Assembly (NCBI GenBank): GCA_030141605.1
Contig: JAQGDQ010000393.1
Coordinates: forward strand, 1 to 64,000
Reading direction: 5' to 3'
DNA from: Tubiluchus corallicola
Taxonomy: Eukaryota > Animalia > Priapulida
DNA: 64,000 bases
Part shown: piece by piece, positions 50,461 through 63,683 of the stretch
How the letters are laid out: every line of letters begins with the position of its first letter
Position numbering within the stretch: position 1 is the stretch's first letter
Translations under genes and position numbers: made by a program
The notes under the pieces: model-generated
What the model saw: the letters and a program-made list of their open reading frames with translations, nothing else
What the model was told of the DNA's origin: nothing
Database searches by the model: none

Positions 50461-52489
50461 TGTAAGTTCCACATACGCTTTAGGTCATCAGTTTTTTTAT
50501 TCAATGGACACTTCACCCCAACCACCTGCTTCTCGTGCGTAGGCAGCATAAATTTGTATGCCTTGCACGTGCCTATCAGCTGACTGGGACCATAATTAGC
50601 CCCGTGCCTAGATACAGAGAGGCAAGTTCAGCCAAGTAGAAAACCAAAATAATGCCGTGTCAAGGAAAGGTTCTGTTGTGAAATTAGACCCACTGCATTT
50701 CACTTAGCAGGCAACTACATTGCGGGGACTGAGGAGGTTCTATGTAAAATCTGCGTGGTTCTCATTTTTACGCACTTGCACCTACTGCGCCTAATGTGTT
50801 AGCGCCGCCCAGGGTGCCCGATGGATAGTTCTGCTCCAGCAAATTGTATCTCTGAGGAGAAAGTTTACCAAGGTCGCTGCCCTGAGATTTAAATTTAGCT
50901 GATATAAGTTGAACGTCGGGTACTTGATAAACGGTTTGCGAATTTTTGCCCGTATCTGTATCGAAACTGCTAGGGCCTACATTTTACAACACAATCATTA
51001 AGTATATAGTAGGAAGGTTTAGAAAACTGCGTAAAATGGCGCGCCGACCTGCTTCACGACCTACTCATACTTGCGCCCCTTTCTGTACTGGAGTAAATAT
51101 TATGGTGCTACTGTGGATTCCGAGAAGTCGGTAGCGGTCTGGGATTCCTGTTTACGGAAAAGGTCGTTTGCAATTGATGAAATTGTATAATTGTATCGTC
51201 ATTGTATAATTGATCGTTTCAACGCTGGTGTCATGTTAAAACCCAGAAAGTTTTAATTCCAAGCGTCGGTAATGTCATCCAGTACGTTATGATCATCGTG
51301 ATTATGTTTATAACGTCATCAAACGACGCACCATCCTGTGCCTCAGAACAATTACACTATTCTAATGCAGAATACTTTTTACACACAAATCGTGAACAAA
51401 AAAGTTGTACAGACTATAAGTCCACAACTACAGACTATGACGAGTGATGTCCTGTGTGATTCACTAAAATTTTAATGAAATAATGCCGCACCTCAAATAC
51501 GCTTTGTCAAAACAGGATAGTCAGTTTTTTAAAAGAAACAGAATAGCAACTTTCTAAATAATTCTAGGACAGCAATTTTATATTGCATTAAGATAAAAAT
51601 TGTGTATTACAATCGAACAGCTGAAACCTGTCACCGACAAAAGCAATAAGGGAAATCACTCGTGAAAGTCACTGTCTCTCAGGACGTCATAATTTTTCAC
51701 TCCGGGCATTCAGCATTTTTGTGCACAGGTCGCGTATTGGTCAGGTCATGCTTGCTAACTGTTACATCGCACGCAGAAAATAACAAAAGTAATTTCAAAA
51801 AATTATAGTTGTTAGTTAATTTAAACTTAAGCAATCATGCTCAATAAACTCAAGCTTCCGCCCAACTTACCGAAGCAAATATATAAATAAAATAGAATAA
51901 TGATTTGCAATAAAAATATAGGTTACACAACAGCAGTTAAATTACGAGAGTACACACAAAAGGGAGACTTAAGATATCAAGGTCATCCTTTTCTTGGCTT
52001 TTTCTTCATTTCGTATCGCTGTTGCTGCCGCAATCCGGATTCCGGATCATTCTGCTGTCAAGGTCTTGGTGTACGGGCATGACCCAGCAGTGGGTTCTTT
52101 GCCGAGTTCAGCACAAGTTTTACGGTGTATTCCTTTACAAAGCTGCTTCCAACGCACAAGCCTATGGTTAGTTTAATTAAGAATCTGTGCCGTTTTGATT
52201 ATTCGTGCACGGCTCACAAGTCACAAGTTCTTCCTGTTTACAACTTTTTTCGGGTTCTTGGAGGATTCTTGGAAAACTACTGGGAACAGAACCAGCACAG
52301 TACGTAAACAACAAAACATGAGCTACCAGGGAAAGTACACCCCCGCTGCCTTCGTAACTATTAAACCTGACTGCTACAGGTATAAAGTTGAACTCATGTG
52401 GAAATGAAAGAAGGAACGACAGTCTACAGAACGGTGAATGTACACCAACGAAATTTAGTGTAGGAAAGGAGAGGTCATTCAAATGAAGG

Positions 52490-52955
52490 GCAAAACAAAA
52501 GAAAGGAGGGAAACCTTTGAACATTTAGAAAAAAACGGGTAATAGACAAATAGAAAGCAAGAAACAAAAAGGACAAGAAAATGTATTTAGTCTAGCAATT
52601 TAAGTTAACTGAAGAACAAGAAAAAGAAGGAAACGACGAGAAGAGGGAAGAAAATGAAAGAAAACATAGGATGAGAGAGCGAGAAGAAAATTCGGGAATG
52701 CTGTAAGAAAGAATGGAAACGTGTGACGAATGAAGAAAAAGGACAAGAAACGAGAATGAAAAGCAAAGTAACGAGAAAGGAAGGGCAGTGCAAGGCAGGA
52801 AGAGAAAAAGAAAACTAAATAAGAAGAAAAATGGCGGAAAGGAAGAAAGAAAATAAGCAAGAATAAATGTAAGCAAATGAGAGCAAGGAAGAAAACAAGC
52901 AAGCAAGAAAAGCGGAAAAAAGACGAGAAAGAACATAGGGCCAATAAGAAAAATG
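52490..52955. repeat. Purine-rich low-complexity tract
   Basis: A/G-rich plus strand. Confidence 0.85.
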
Positions 52956-54329
52956 AAACGTGATATTGCAAAATTACTTTCAATCCTACTTTTCGGGAAC
53001 ATCTTTGCCAGCGCCTGCCAGCATTCAGTTACTACACAACAAGAGCCTATAAGAAGCTGCTATCAGAGGAAGGGATGTCGAATATACAGACTGATGACGG
53101 TCACCTCGAATACCACAAGATCGACCCCGAAAAAACTGCGCAAAATTAAACATTATCATAACCCATACTATATATATATATATACATTATACAAAATATT
53201 ATACATACATACATATATATATATATATATGTATGTATAATATTTTTAATTACATAAAACGATTATAAACTTCGCAGAATGTGTTACAACATTCAGCATA
53301 AACTACACGGCTATCTGACAAACGCGGCTTGTGTGAAAAGTTAAAACTACTAGCGCAATTAGTTGTACAATAACACAGCCATTTAAAAAAATAAAAATTA
53401 TAGCACATCGCTTAAAAATGCTAACAGTAGCTTAGCCGTAATTCATCAGGTGTTCAACCCTTTCTCCATTTGAACAGTTTATTTACTTGTCTACGTCTAA
53501 GAGAGGTAACGATTGTGTAGACAAAGACGCACCACACACTACGGTAAACTAATCAATTGGTCAGCCGTAATATCAACACGGCTGCTTTGGCCAAGTCTTT
53601 GTTTAGCGGTCAGTTGTAACCAGCTACAGCCAAGCTACTAGGGATGTAGCAGTTTCTATTGGGCATTGTCATTTACAAAGTTAATTACTTGCGTAAGAAC
53701 AATTCACTTACTCCAAAATCCCATTAATTACATTGAAACAAAAGCGATCACGTGCCCGGAGCGTGGCAAGATCAACTGCACCAACCCGTTATTATCGCTC
53801 AAAGTAGCGATTTTCAATTTTTAACGCGCAATTAAATTCGCTGCAAATTGAGGTTGTTTATTGCATTCTTCTCATCTGTAACTTGGTCATTCGGTACTAC
53901 TAAGCGCGAAGTAACAAATATATTAAAATTATTAGATCTGGCCGAATTGAGATTTTTGAACTATAAAAATTATAAAGGTAAATAATCTAATTATAGTTGT
54001 AGCCGTAACAACGAAAAGCAAAACACACAACCCCATCTTGCCCTGTTTATATACAAAGCAAATAACTTTTTCATACACGGCTTACCTAATAATTACGATT
54101 AAATCCAAATAAATTAAAGACAAGACCTTTTTTGTCGATTACCCTTGTGTAATAAGCTTCATTTTAAGTGACAATTATCAACTTTAAATTTCTCCGAAAA
54201 ATGTAGGAATCGTTCTAATCTCATGTGGGATTCAAAAGCACTATAATCGTCACATCTACTCCATTCGCACAATTTAATACCGCATAACTAAATATAACTT
54301 ATATTAATTATGTTTATTATTAAACTTAC

Positions 54330-54378
54330 CAGCGTATGCAGCTCCCACAAGTAAAATCAAAATCGGCAACCGTTGCAT
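54330..54378 (-). CDS. Orphan signal-peptide first exon (partner exon unresolved)
   Basis: ATG, MQRLPILILLVGAAYA+G, consensus donor GTAAGT, upstream TATA-like TTTATAAG at 54537-54544. Confidence 0.65.
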
Positions 54379-54887
54379 CCTTACTTACGTTATTATTTAA
54401 ATTAAATGCTTCAACTTGCAGGTAATTATATACAGTAAGAAAATGTAGCTCCTGCAGTCTACACCTTTCTCTAACTCATGTCTCTTTGTTTTGCCGAGAC
54501 GATGTTGCTGCAGCTGAGAGCTCTACCGCTGCCAAACTTATAAACCAGTCCATTTTAATTGAGGAGGGGTGGGTAGCGTAAGCGCTCGCGAGGGGCTGTT
54601 ACACATTGCACAGTTCAAGCCACATCAGTGCCCTTTCAGCTGTGATTCATCGTCTCATTCATCATGTGCTCCCAGGTAAGAATTATTCGAGGTAAATAAT
54701 TATGAAGATGTTTTCGTGGCAGCATAACCCTATTGAAATTACGTGCTCGTTGCACAGCTCATCATGTGCGTGTTTAGTGCCTGTTTTCAAAATAAGTACC
54801 TCGAGCACTCTAGACCTGCACAGAATGCACTTTCAGCATTATCAATGTCAGTTTGTCATCTTAATTACTTTGCCTCTCCTCTATATT

Positions 54888-55216
54888 AATGAATAAATGA
54901 ACGAATGAATGAATGAATGAATGAATGAATGAATGAATGAACGAACGAACGAACGAACCAACGACTGAACGAACAAATGAATGAATGAATGATTGAATGA
55001 ATGAATGAATGAATGAATGAATGAATGAATGAATGAATGAATGAATGAATGAATGAATGAATGAATGAATGAATGAATGAATGAATGAATGAATGAATGA
55101 ATGAATGAATGAATGAATGAATGAACGAATGAACGAACGAACGAACGAACGAACGAACGAACGAACGAACGAACGAACGAACGAACGAACGAACGACTGA
55201 ACGAACAAATGAATGA
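54888..55216. repeat. (GAAT)n/(GAAC)n microsatellite
   Basis: Directly visible. Confidence 0.97.
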
Positions 55217-55670
55217 ATAAAAAATTATTTGCATAGCGCACCACGCCCATTTAACAATAAAGTAATTTAAATTCGCAATAGGCATTAAATTAAAAATACT
55301 TACAAAATAAAAACAAAAATTAAGATACGGTAAAAATTACAATCTAAACTAAATATAATGCGTTCTAAGAAGTCATTTAAAAGATCTGAGTTTGCAAAGC
55401 GTACAGCAACAGGTAAGCTATTCCAAAAACGTGGAGGAAAGAGAGAAATTTTTCTATTCCGCCGACAGAAAAAGCTTTTTACCATAAAGTACTGCATTTA
55501 CAATTGGCGGACATAAACAAATTTGCTCATCATCGTTAGAAAGAAGTGTTTCGTGTATGCTACGATATATCAAAAGATCTGTGAGATATGCAGGTGTCAA
55601 ACCAAATACTATGTGTGTGTAATGCTTAGACACTATACTTTTATAAGACAAGAAACGTTTGACCAGCATT
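55217..55670 (-). mobile_element. L2-like LINE 3' remnant
   Basis: GLTPAYLTDLL...YGKKLF and PRFWNSLPVAVR in different frames, followed on the minus strand by a TTCA-repeat tail. Confidence 0.72.
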
Positions 55671-56189
55671 GAATAAGCATGTTAACATAGGCGTACGGGC
55701 CGATTTTTCCAGGGGGAGGGGCTGCTGTGTCACTTTTGTCCAAAAAATACAGAGTAACCCAGAAAAGTCCGGAGTCGGGAATTGCCTCACCCCACGACGT
55801 GATTTTATGGAAAATATTATTTTTAATTATAATTCTATTATTATTCTTTATTCTTATTATTTTAGAAAAAATATAACACATCTGCGCACGTTAAAATGCT
55901 AAACTCGAAAACTTGTTATTATGACACTAAGTGGAAAATGTGCGCATTATAGATTGTTATTGAATAGGTAGCATTAGCGGTTGTTACTCGGTGAAAAATG
56001 TTTGATTAATGAACTGGAGTTGACGACCTGAGACGTGTCACGTGACGTGTAACATGTGATTTTTCCGTTGTCTCTTTTAAATTAAAACTGGCAAACCAAT
56101 CTCTAAGTTGATTAATTGCAATAAAAACATCATATATAAATATATTGACATAATATGTAAATTGTAAATTTCAAAATTTTCAAGAGCAG

Positions 56190-56710
56190 GTTTTCAAGTG
56201 ATGGGCAAACGATTTGCAGCAAAATTCATCCCTGGGCAAATCAGACTTGACTGACTAGTCTGAACGGTTTGCAGATGTTGTTGGGTGCTGTAGTAGTAAT
56301 GCTTGTATTTTAGTTGGATGAAATGCAGACGACTCACTTAGTTTGTTAACCCATTAAATAAAACACCAGGAACCTTCAAGTCTCCTTGAGACTCATCCTG
56401 CTGAGTGCAAGCGGTGTTGTTGGGACAGCGGGCTATTACCGGCAGCTGGGGATAAACAGAATCGGAAGCGAGGAGGCGTATCCAGTAACTAGGAAGATTC
56501 GTTTATTATGTGCACAAACATGCATTTAACAATTTTAAGTTGTTTTAATTTTAAATTTTAAAAAAGTGTATCACCACTCTGAGATGTTGTCTACCCGCTT
56601 CTGTCGTTGTCGTTAATATACCACTAGACGCCAAGTAAAGTTCCACCCTGTTAGATACCAAAGATAATTATGCCCAGGCTTCCATAGACAGCAGTAGCTG
56701 TGCCAGCATG
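56190..56710 (-). pseudogene. Possible decayed gene fragment with WAP-like traces
   Basis: GC-richer islands with AG/GT borders (56595-56710 with two stops; 56338-56488); YPQLPVIARCPNNTACTQQDESQGDLK...FNG. Confidence 0.3.
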
Positions 56711-58725
56711 CTAATTTTAACTTTAAGGTCAAAAAGTTCTGATAAATTTCCTCTTTAAACTAATAAAATCGTTCAAACGCATAGTTATTATTATTGAAAA
56801 GAAAACGTGATAAAACTAGAAAGAAGAATAAATTCGTATTTCTTTCTTTTCATTTATTATGAAATTGGATCTATTATAATTTTGTCATAAAGTTGTACTG
56901 CTTTTACTGATTTATAATTTCAAAGTTTATATCCGAGTTAATAGGATTTGAAATGTTTTGTACATATTTTCCAACTTAAACCTAAAAAATAAAATTAATA
57001 GACTTATAATGTTTGGGTATTTATATAACGTGCATCAAGGTATATAACGTGTAGATAAATGAAATATTTTTTATGTTTCAAGAAAAACAAAAACTGACTT
57101 CCGTGCGTTCAGTTGAAACAAGGTCATGGTCCATTTTTAGCAATTTAAAGTAGCTATAACGCCATGTACTGTAAAATGAGAAACTCAAACGCGATTGAAC
57201 AATTCAGAAACAAAACGAGCACCCCAGCAAAAGAATGAAGAAACCATAATTTGAACTATTCGTCGCCAAAAGTTGACTTTGATTTTTTCCTGTTCGAATG
57301 TCTAACCAAATTCTAATTGTCCAAATGATACTTTGACTATGCCAAGCGATAGTCAGCTTTGGAAAACAGTGACAATCTGATTTAATGAATTACATGACGC
57401 GTGTAACTTATTGACGAATACATTTCTATCATTTTTCAATTGTGTGATGACTAATCATCACATGAACTCTTTTAATCTATTGCAGCTAGCAGACAACCTT
57501 GCTGAACTATTAGTTAACACAAAGAATTTCTCAAACACTGGGATTTTATCGCGTTGCTGCAACTGCTCTCACCTAGAAACAAGCGCTAACATTTTATTGG
57601 TCACTCATCGACCAATGGTCTAGTTGCAAGTATTGGCTTAGAAACTGACCGCGAATGACCACATAGTAATTATTTTTACAGTAGCTGAGCAATTCTGCAT
57701 AATAAAATCCGGTAATGCCGCAGCAAAAACGTTCAACTTTTGGATTTTTACTAATACCCAAGAAAAGAGACAATTACAAAATCATTAAGCTTATATAAAC
57801 TTTGATAAGCCTTCATTTCTGTTAAACACTTGTACAATGTTGTTAATTCAGCTAGAATATTTTTATCTACCAAAAACTATTTAATTCCTTGCTGTTACGG
57901 TAAACAAATCATTGATATTAAGCTTAAACTACATAGCTCACTTATTATAAGTCCTTGTCAAACTGTGTTTTTTGCAATAGTCCAGTAAATGTTAATTTAT
58001 ACTAGACATCGTGCTACATTTTTCTCACAATTGATAATACTGATATTGTTTTCGAATTGTTATTTCATTGTTTGATGTTAATTACTAACGTATATATGAC
58101 CACCAAGTATTTGTGCAATAAAACTGAATTTAATTTAAATGAAATTATATTTCTCAGAAAAATTCCAAATTATGACAGTTGTTCTCGTAACTAGTGCGTT
58201 GATGACCATGTTCTGAGTTCTTTGATCATAGTCATTGTCTGATTATTCGGGTAGAGTTCATTGTTAGCCTACAGTATGCACATTTACCTTAAAATGAAAC
58301 AAGGATAAGGTAAAAGTCTTACGGCATTATCAATGACTTTTGCAGGATCGAAAACAATGTGACTTTGAACAACACTCTCTTATATTAAAAGACACTTTTT
58401 ATTTTACTTGGTGCAGATCTTAGCTAAGTTTCTTTGCTTGCTTAATTTACTACTGCAGTTTTTTTCATTTCAAGGCCAAGGCTAGGTAGAAATTCCGGTT
58501 CCGTGGTTTTCTCTCCTCGGGGTGAGGTGATACATTATGCAGAATTGCATAATAATTTTACGTTAAGTGTACTTAAAGTTTACTTTGCATATAAATTAGT
58601 ACAAATGCTTTCAATTTTAACATTTTAAATGCACAAACTGGCAGCTCTTAACTTGTCACATCTCTTGTACTATAGTCTTCCATACGTTTATAATTACTAT
58701 ATGGTCATCCTATTAATATTTTTAA

Positions 58726-59408
58726 AGGACAAGAAAGGGGTACCTGAAGTAGGTTTCAGAAAAATCGCCTTAAAGAATTTTATTACTTTATAGCAATTTT
58801 ATGCGTATATCTTATACGCACAGAAAGGAATTTTAGTTTGTTCTCATTTTAAATCTCCCGCAATACTGTTCCGAAGTCGCCATTACATGACGTCATGCAC
58901 CAAAGGTAAATGAAGAGAAGAAAACGCAATGTTAAATTATATCTCAAAAGACTTTCCGTGCAAACCTATATTACTTAGATTTTCGCTTACCTAGTAGAAA
59001 GACTTATGTAACTAGAAAAGAAAATTATTAATTATTTAAAATGTTTTCACCAATTGGTAAGATGTCGCTGACTCACCCTCCAGCCTGCACCACTCAGTAA
59101 TCAAAAATGTATTTTTAATCTTATTGACAAGATACAGTAATTTTAAATTTTATTTAGTTAGTGACTAGTGCGCTACGAATGCTCTGGTTATTTTTTCAAA
59201 GTTTACACAATGTTATCTAAACTTGTTTCAAATGACCTGTCGTGGAAATGGCTGTGTCTAACGGTCATCGCGGGAGTTTAAATTTACATGTTTTATACAG
59301 TGCAACTGCCGATTAAAGTCCTGCACGCAAAAAGGCAGTATGTAAGTGATATAAAATTTCAAAAACGAATTTTTTAAGCTTTATGTTTATGAAGGCTTTT
59401 CTTGTGCT
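58726..59408. mobile_element. Kolobok-like MITE
   Basis: TTAA|AGGACAAGAAA ... TTTCTTGTGCT|TTAA; partial copy at 28975-29266. Confidence 0.72.
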
Positions 59409-61139
59409 TTAACGGTACTAGCGATTAATTTAAACTTATATAAATAAGCTTAATTGCTCCTGCCAAATTAAGGCTCCTTCATAAATTAACGCGTTTAAAA
59501 TGTTCGAGTCAATAGTTAACAAATTGGGAATAGTTTATATAATGATGATTTATATAATATAACTAATATAAACAGAATGTTCACATTCATTAACAACAAA
59601 TTAAACGAGTCTTGCATAGTGAAGCATTTTAATGTTATATGACATTAATTTATTTCATTTTGCAATAAACGTTTAATTAGTTGTTAATGTATGTCAACAC
59701 TCTTCTTAGAATGAATGAAATCAAACAAGTATTTATCAGGCCTATTACCGAAAATTTCCAAAAAGTTTCCGTAAACCCAAAAACGTCGCTGGAAAAGCTA
59801 GTGAAAAGTATGATGAACATAAGTGATGATGACAGCGTCGGCGACAACGACGACGATGATAACAATGAAGATGAAGATGGTAGCAAGGATGATGATGTGG
59901 TGATGATGGTGATGACGACAATGAAGACTGCGCGCGCCAGCAATAAGCTTTGCTAAAATGAAAGCCATTGACACAATGAAGTCTTCATATATTATCTCAG
60001 ACTGTAGAAAGATCTTGTAACGGGCAAAATTCCATATTTTTTAGCACGTGTCATTCGTTATTAATTTATGCGATTTAAACCACATTACAAGCGTTAATTT
60101 TCCCTAGCAACAAATCAAAGTTACTAAGGCTGCTGTCAAAATAAAACTTCATGACTGTGAGGTCAGTAGCAAGATTACTTCGCTCTCTTTATTCCCTCGA
60201 TGCTCCAAATTCATTTGCTATTAGGCTGCAGCCTAGCTGATGCTTACACGTGACCATATTGCTGCTGAAAACAATTTATTAGAACAACATAAGAATGTTT
60301 TTAGTTTACAACTTATCAGTGTATCGTTTGCATGCACGTAGGGTTAGCATTGATGCGGTCCGAAATCTGGAATCAAGAATCAGCTAGGGGTCCGGAGTAG
60401 CGTTATAAACTTCCCCAGCGGGTCCGTGGCAGAGCCCGTAAACCGATGCATTCCTGTGTTTTAGACACTTTGTGAGCCCTTTTTCAGAAACAAAAATCAA
60501 GAAATTTCAACCAAGAAATAATGCAAAATTTTGATTTTAGACACTAAAAGAGCCCTAAAAGTCTAAAATTTACAAAAATGAAAGTACTACATCAATTTTT
60601 GGACTTCCTTCCAAGTCCCAATACATTTCTCACATTTTTGTAGTTTTCCAGGTATTTTTAACGATCAAATTATTTAAGAACTTTTTATCATATGTAAATG
60701 AAATTAAATCTTCTCTACCACGCCGTTTTCGTTGTTAAGGTCTGTCACGCGCTCTCAAATTGGCTCAAGAAAAATCAGCAAATGGTCAGAGATTATGCAT
60801 TGCATTTGCTGCTGCATCAAAGATTGGCGAAAAATGTAGACAGGATGAGATAAAGCCTTACCAACATATTAAACTTTATTTAATAATCTTGTTGCTACCT
60901 TAACAGAGATTCCGCTGTTTTTAGCTTAATCTTATGCAAAATATTGTATTTCAGTATTTTTTACTTAAATTTCAATGTTTTCAATTTCAGTTTTTTAAAA
61001 ACTCTGACAAAACTACGAATCTGTGACTGAATTTCAGGAGACTCCAGGTTAAATCCGAGGTGGTGGCAACCTTACCTGCCTGCACATGTAATAATGATTA
61101 GTAACCAAAGTGCAGACTTTAGGCCTACAACTATTTATA

Positions 61140-61180
<41 letters not shown>

Positions 61181-61989
61181 TGAAGCAAACTGCATGACAG
61201 TTATGGATGCATGTAAATTATTAAACATCATTATGAAGTCAGTTTGTGCAGAGAAATCATTGACAACTTTATTTCTGATTTATCCACGTAATGATACAAC
61301 AATAACAATAAAAATGAGAATTCTAACATTTACAAAATTTACAAAAAAAGTTTTTCCATACAGTGCGGCAAATTAGAAAATAGTATACGCTTCTAAATTA
61401 TTTTGTTTTAATTATTTTTTCTAATCATGAATAGTAGGAACATGTAGGAGTTTACGGTAATAAAGTAGAAATATTAAAATGCGTACATAAAAAACAGAGA
61501 GTTGCACACAAAACAAAGCTTATACCAAGAGTTCACAAAGACGGTAAACATTCAATAAATCGACTAAATTCCTTAATTTATAAACAATCCTGTGTTAAAT
61601 TGTAACAACAAACAACGATATCCAGGGTGTTTCAGTGTATTTTCAAGTCATATTTTTCAGTTTTTGATGAAATCAGGCGTCATTTTCTCCTTATTTTCGA
61701 AATACCATAATGAAAACATAACAACATTAACTTTCACAAGGCTAAGTAATTCAATATTTTATATCTAGGTATATCAGTCCTTAGTTAATTTAAATCTGAC
61801 GCAAGCACATTTGCGAGAAACACATGCTTAAAATGTAAGTTCAGCTAACGAATAAATGATTGTGATAAAACCCGCCAACAGGTGGCAGCACCAAGCAGTT
61901 ATTTATGAGTTAACAAAATTAACGTAAATCTATTAAAAAGCTCTCAAAAGACGTGCAGTCAGACGCATCACGCGACATCACTATGTACA

Positions 61990-62228
61990 AAAAGTCTCTG
62001 TGCTAGGGACTGAGGGAGGAAGGGAGGGGAGAGAGAGAAAGAGAGAGAGAGGAGAGAAGAGAAGAGAAAAGAAGTAGAATAAAAGTGAAGTAAATAGAAG
62101 TGAACTGAAAGAAAGAGACGGCAGAGAGACAGAGAGTGAGAGAGAGAGAGAGAGAGAGGAGAGAGAAAGAAAAGATAAGAGAAAAAGAGAAACAAAAGAG
62201 ATGAAAACACAAGTGAAGAGAAAGAGAC

Positions 62229-62300
<72 letters not shown>
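61990..62300. repeat. GA-rich tract and (GA)n microsatellite
   Basis: Directly visible. Confidence 0.95.
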
Positions 62301-62302
<2 letters not shown>

Positions 62303-62419
62303 TGGAGAGTAGAGGAGAGGAGGGAGCTATAGCGAGAAAGAGAGAATGGAGGAGATTGAGACTGATGAACTTAATGCATTTACACGCTGAAACTGTTTAC
62401 TTCAGTCTATCTTGGCAAG

Positions 62420-63006
62420 CTAAAATTGGATAAATTTAGCGCACCGTCCGTTCCTAGGATTGACGTAAACGTTATCAGTTAAATCTCTTATCCAGTCATA
62501 AGCGGTGCTCACATTTGTATATACGGCATAGCTGACGTTCTGTGAGCAATTCCGGACGCCACTTTTGACAACACCAATCTGCGTCCAACCAACATTATTC
62601 AACTGCAGAGCGAGTGGCCCACCGGGGTCACCGTGGCAAACATTGTCATACCGCGGTGCCTTCTCCAATCCACACATTTCGTGATCTGCAATATGGATGT
62701 TACCATAATTCATACACCTTGCTTTGTCAACTATTTCTACTTGCACTTCTCGCAATACATCAGCTGTCTTGAACTTGTATGGGTTAGCTACTCCAAATCC
62801 GGTCGCCCTTGGTTTAGAACCGATACTTGGTTCACCAAAAATGTGTCCTATTCGAAGTGAGATGGGTTTAATGAAGTCCGTGAAAGATACGGATTCTTTA
62901 AGACGTATAACAGCTATATCTATGATAGGATGGACGTAGTATTCAGCATATGACACTCCTTTTTCATTGCCATCAAGAACTTTAATGTTGCGTTCTCCTA
63001 ATATGG
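62420..63006 (-). CDS. Trypsin-fold (S1A) serine protease homolog, last exon; catalytic Ser replaced by Pro
   Basis: Acceptor TTTCAG, phase 1; AILGERNIKVLDGNE, DIAVIRL (Asp), IKPISL, TGFG, LREVQV, CHGDPGGPL, AVYTNVS, stop. Confidence 0.85.
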
Positions 63007-63051
63007 CTGAAACAGTAAAATCGATTTCAGTTTTAGTTAATAATATAGCTA

Positions 63052-63227
<176 letters not shown>

Positions 63228-63530
63228 CGGTGGAGAGTAGAAAGGAGAGAAGGAGGTAGGTATAAAAAAGAGAAAATGGGGGAGATTGAGACTGATGAAT
63301 TTAAATGCATTTACACGTTGAAACTGTTTACTTCAGTCTATCTTGGCAGGCTAAAATTGGTAAATAAGCGCTGCTGATATTTGTATATACGTCATACAAA
63401 TAATTAGCTAATTAATAGCTAATTAAGGCTGGTAAAAATTGACTGCAGTTGCTCAAACCATATAGCTGAACTTTTGTTACAAATAAATGAAAATCAAAGC
63501 ATGAGTTTTCGTTAGGTGTACAATGTTTAC

Positions 63531-63683
63531 CCCAGAGGGTGTTGATATCTTGATTATCGATGCAATGTTTGGCAGTGAGAATATGGCAGCTGTCTATGAG
63601 AGAACCACCACAGTTGAATCCACCTTTAGTTAGTGAGAAAAGTTGAGCATGCCATGGTCGCCCTTGTCGTCTGATGCCAGTGC
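63531..63683 (-). CDS. Serine protease homolog, penultimate exon (His motif); earlier exons lie outside the window
   Basis: CAG acceptor, GTAAAC donor, phase 1-1; RPWHAQL...NCGGSLIDSCHILTAKHC; absent from the ORF track. Confidence 0.85.

Noticed and set aside
52592-53002. Phe/Leu/Ser-rich membrane-protein ORFs
   Set aside because: Artefacts of the purine-rich tract.
53712-53899. Second exon of a truncated LLTP paralog
   Set aside because: The phase-1 frame stops after about 22 codons, and the apparent Cys similarity is in another frame.
54861-55285. FIHS/FVRS repeat proteins
   Set aside because: Translation of the TTCA/TTCG microsatellite.
56595-56710. Stop-codon reassignment or readthrough (TAA and TAG in a protein-like frame)
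   Set aside because: The 3150-codon LLTP model has no internal stops under the standard code; pseudogene decay or chance is simpler.
59677-59956. Acidic or hydrophobic small ORFs
   Set aside because: Built on a degenerate GAT-repeat tract; no other coding support seen.
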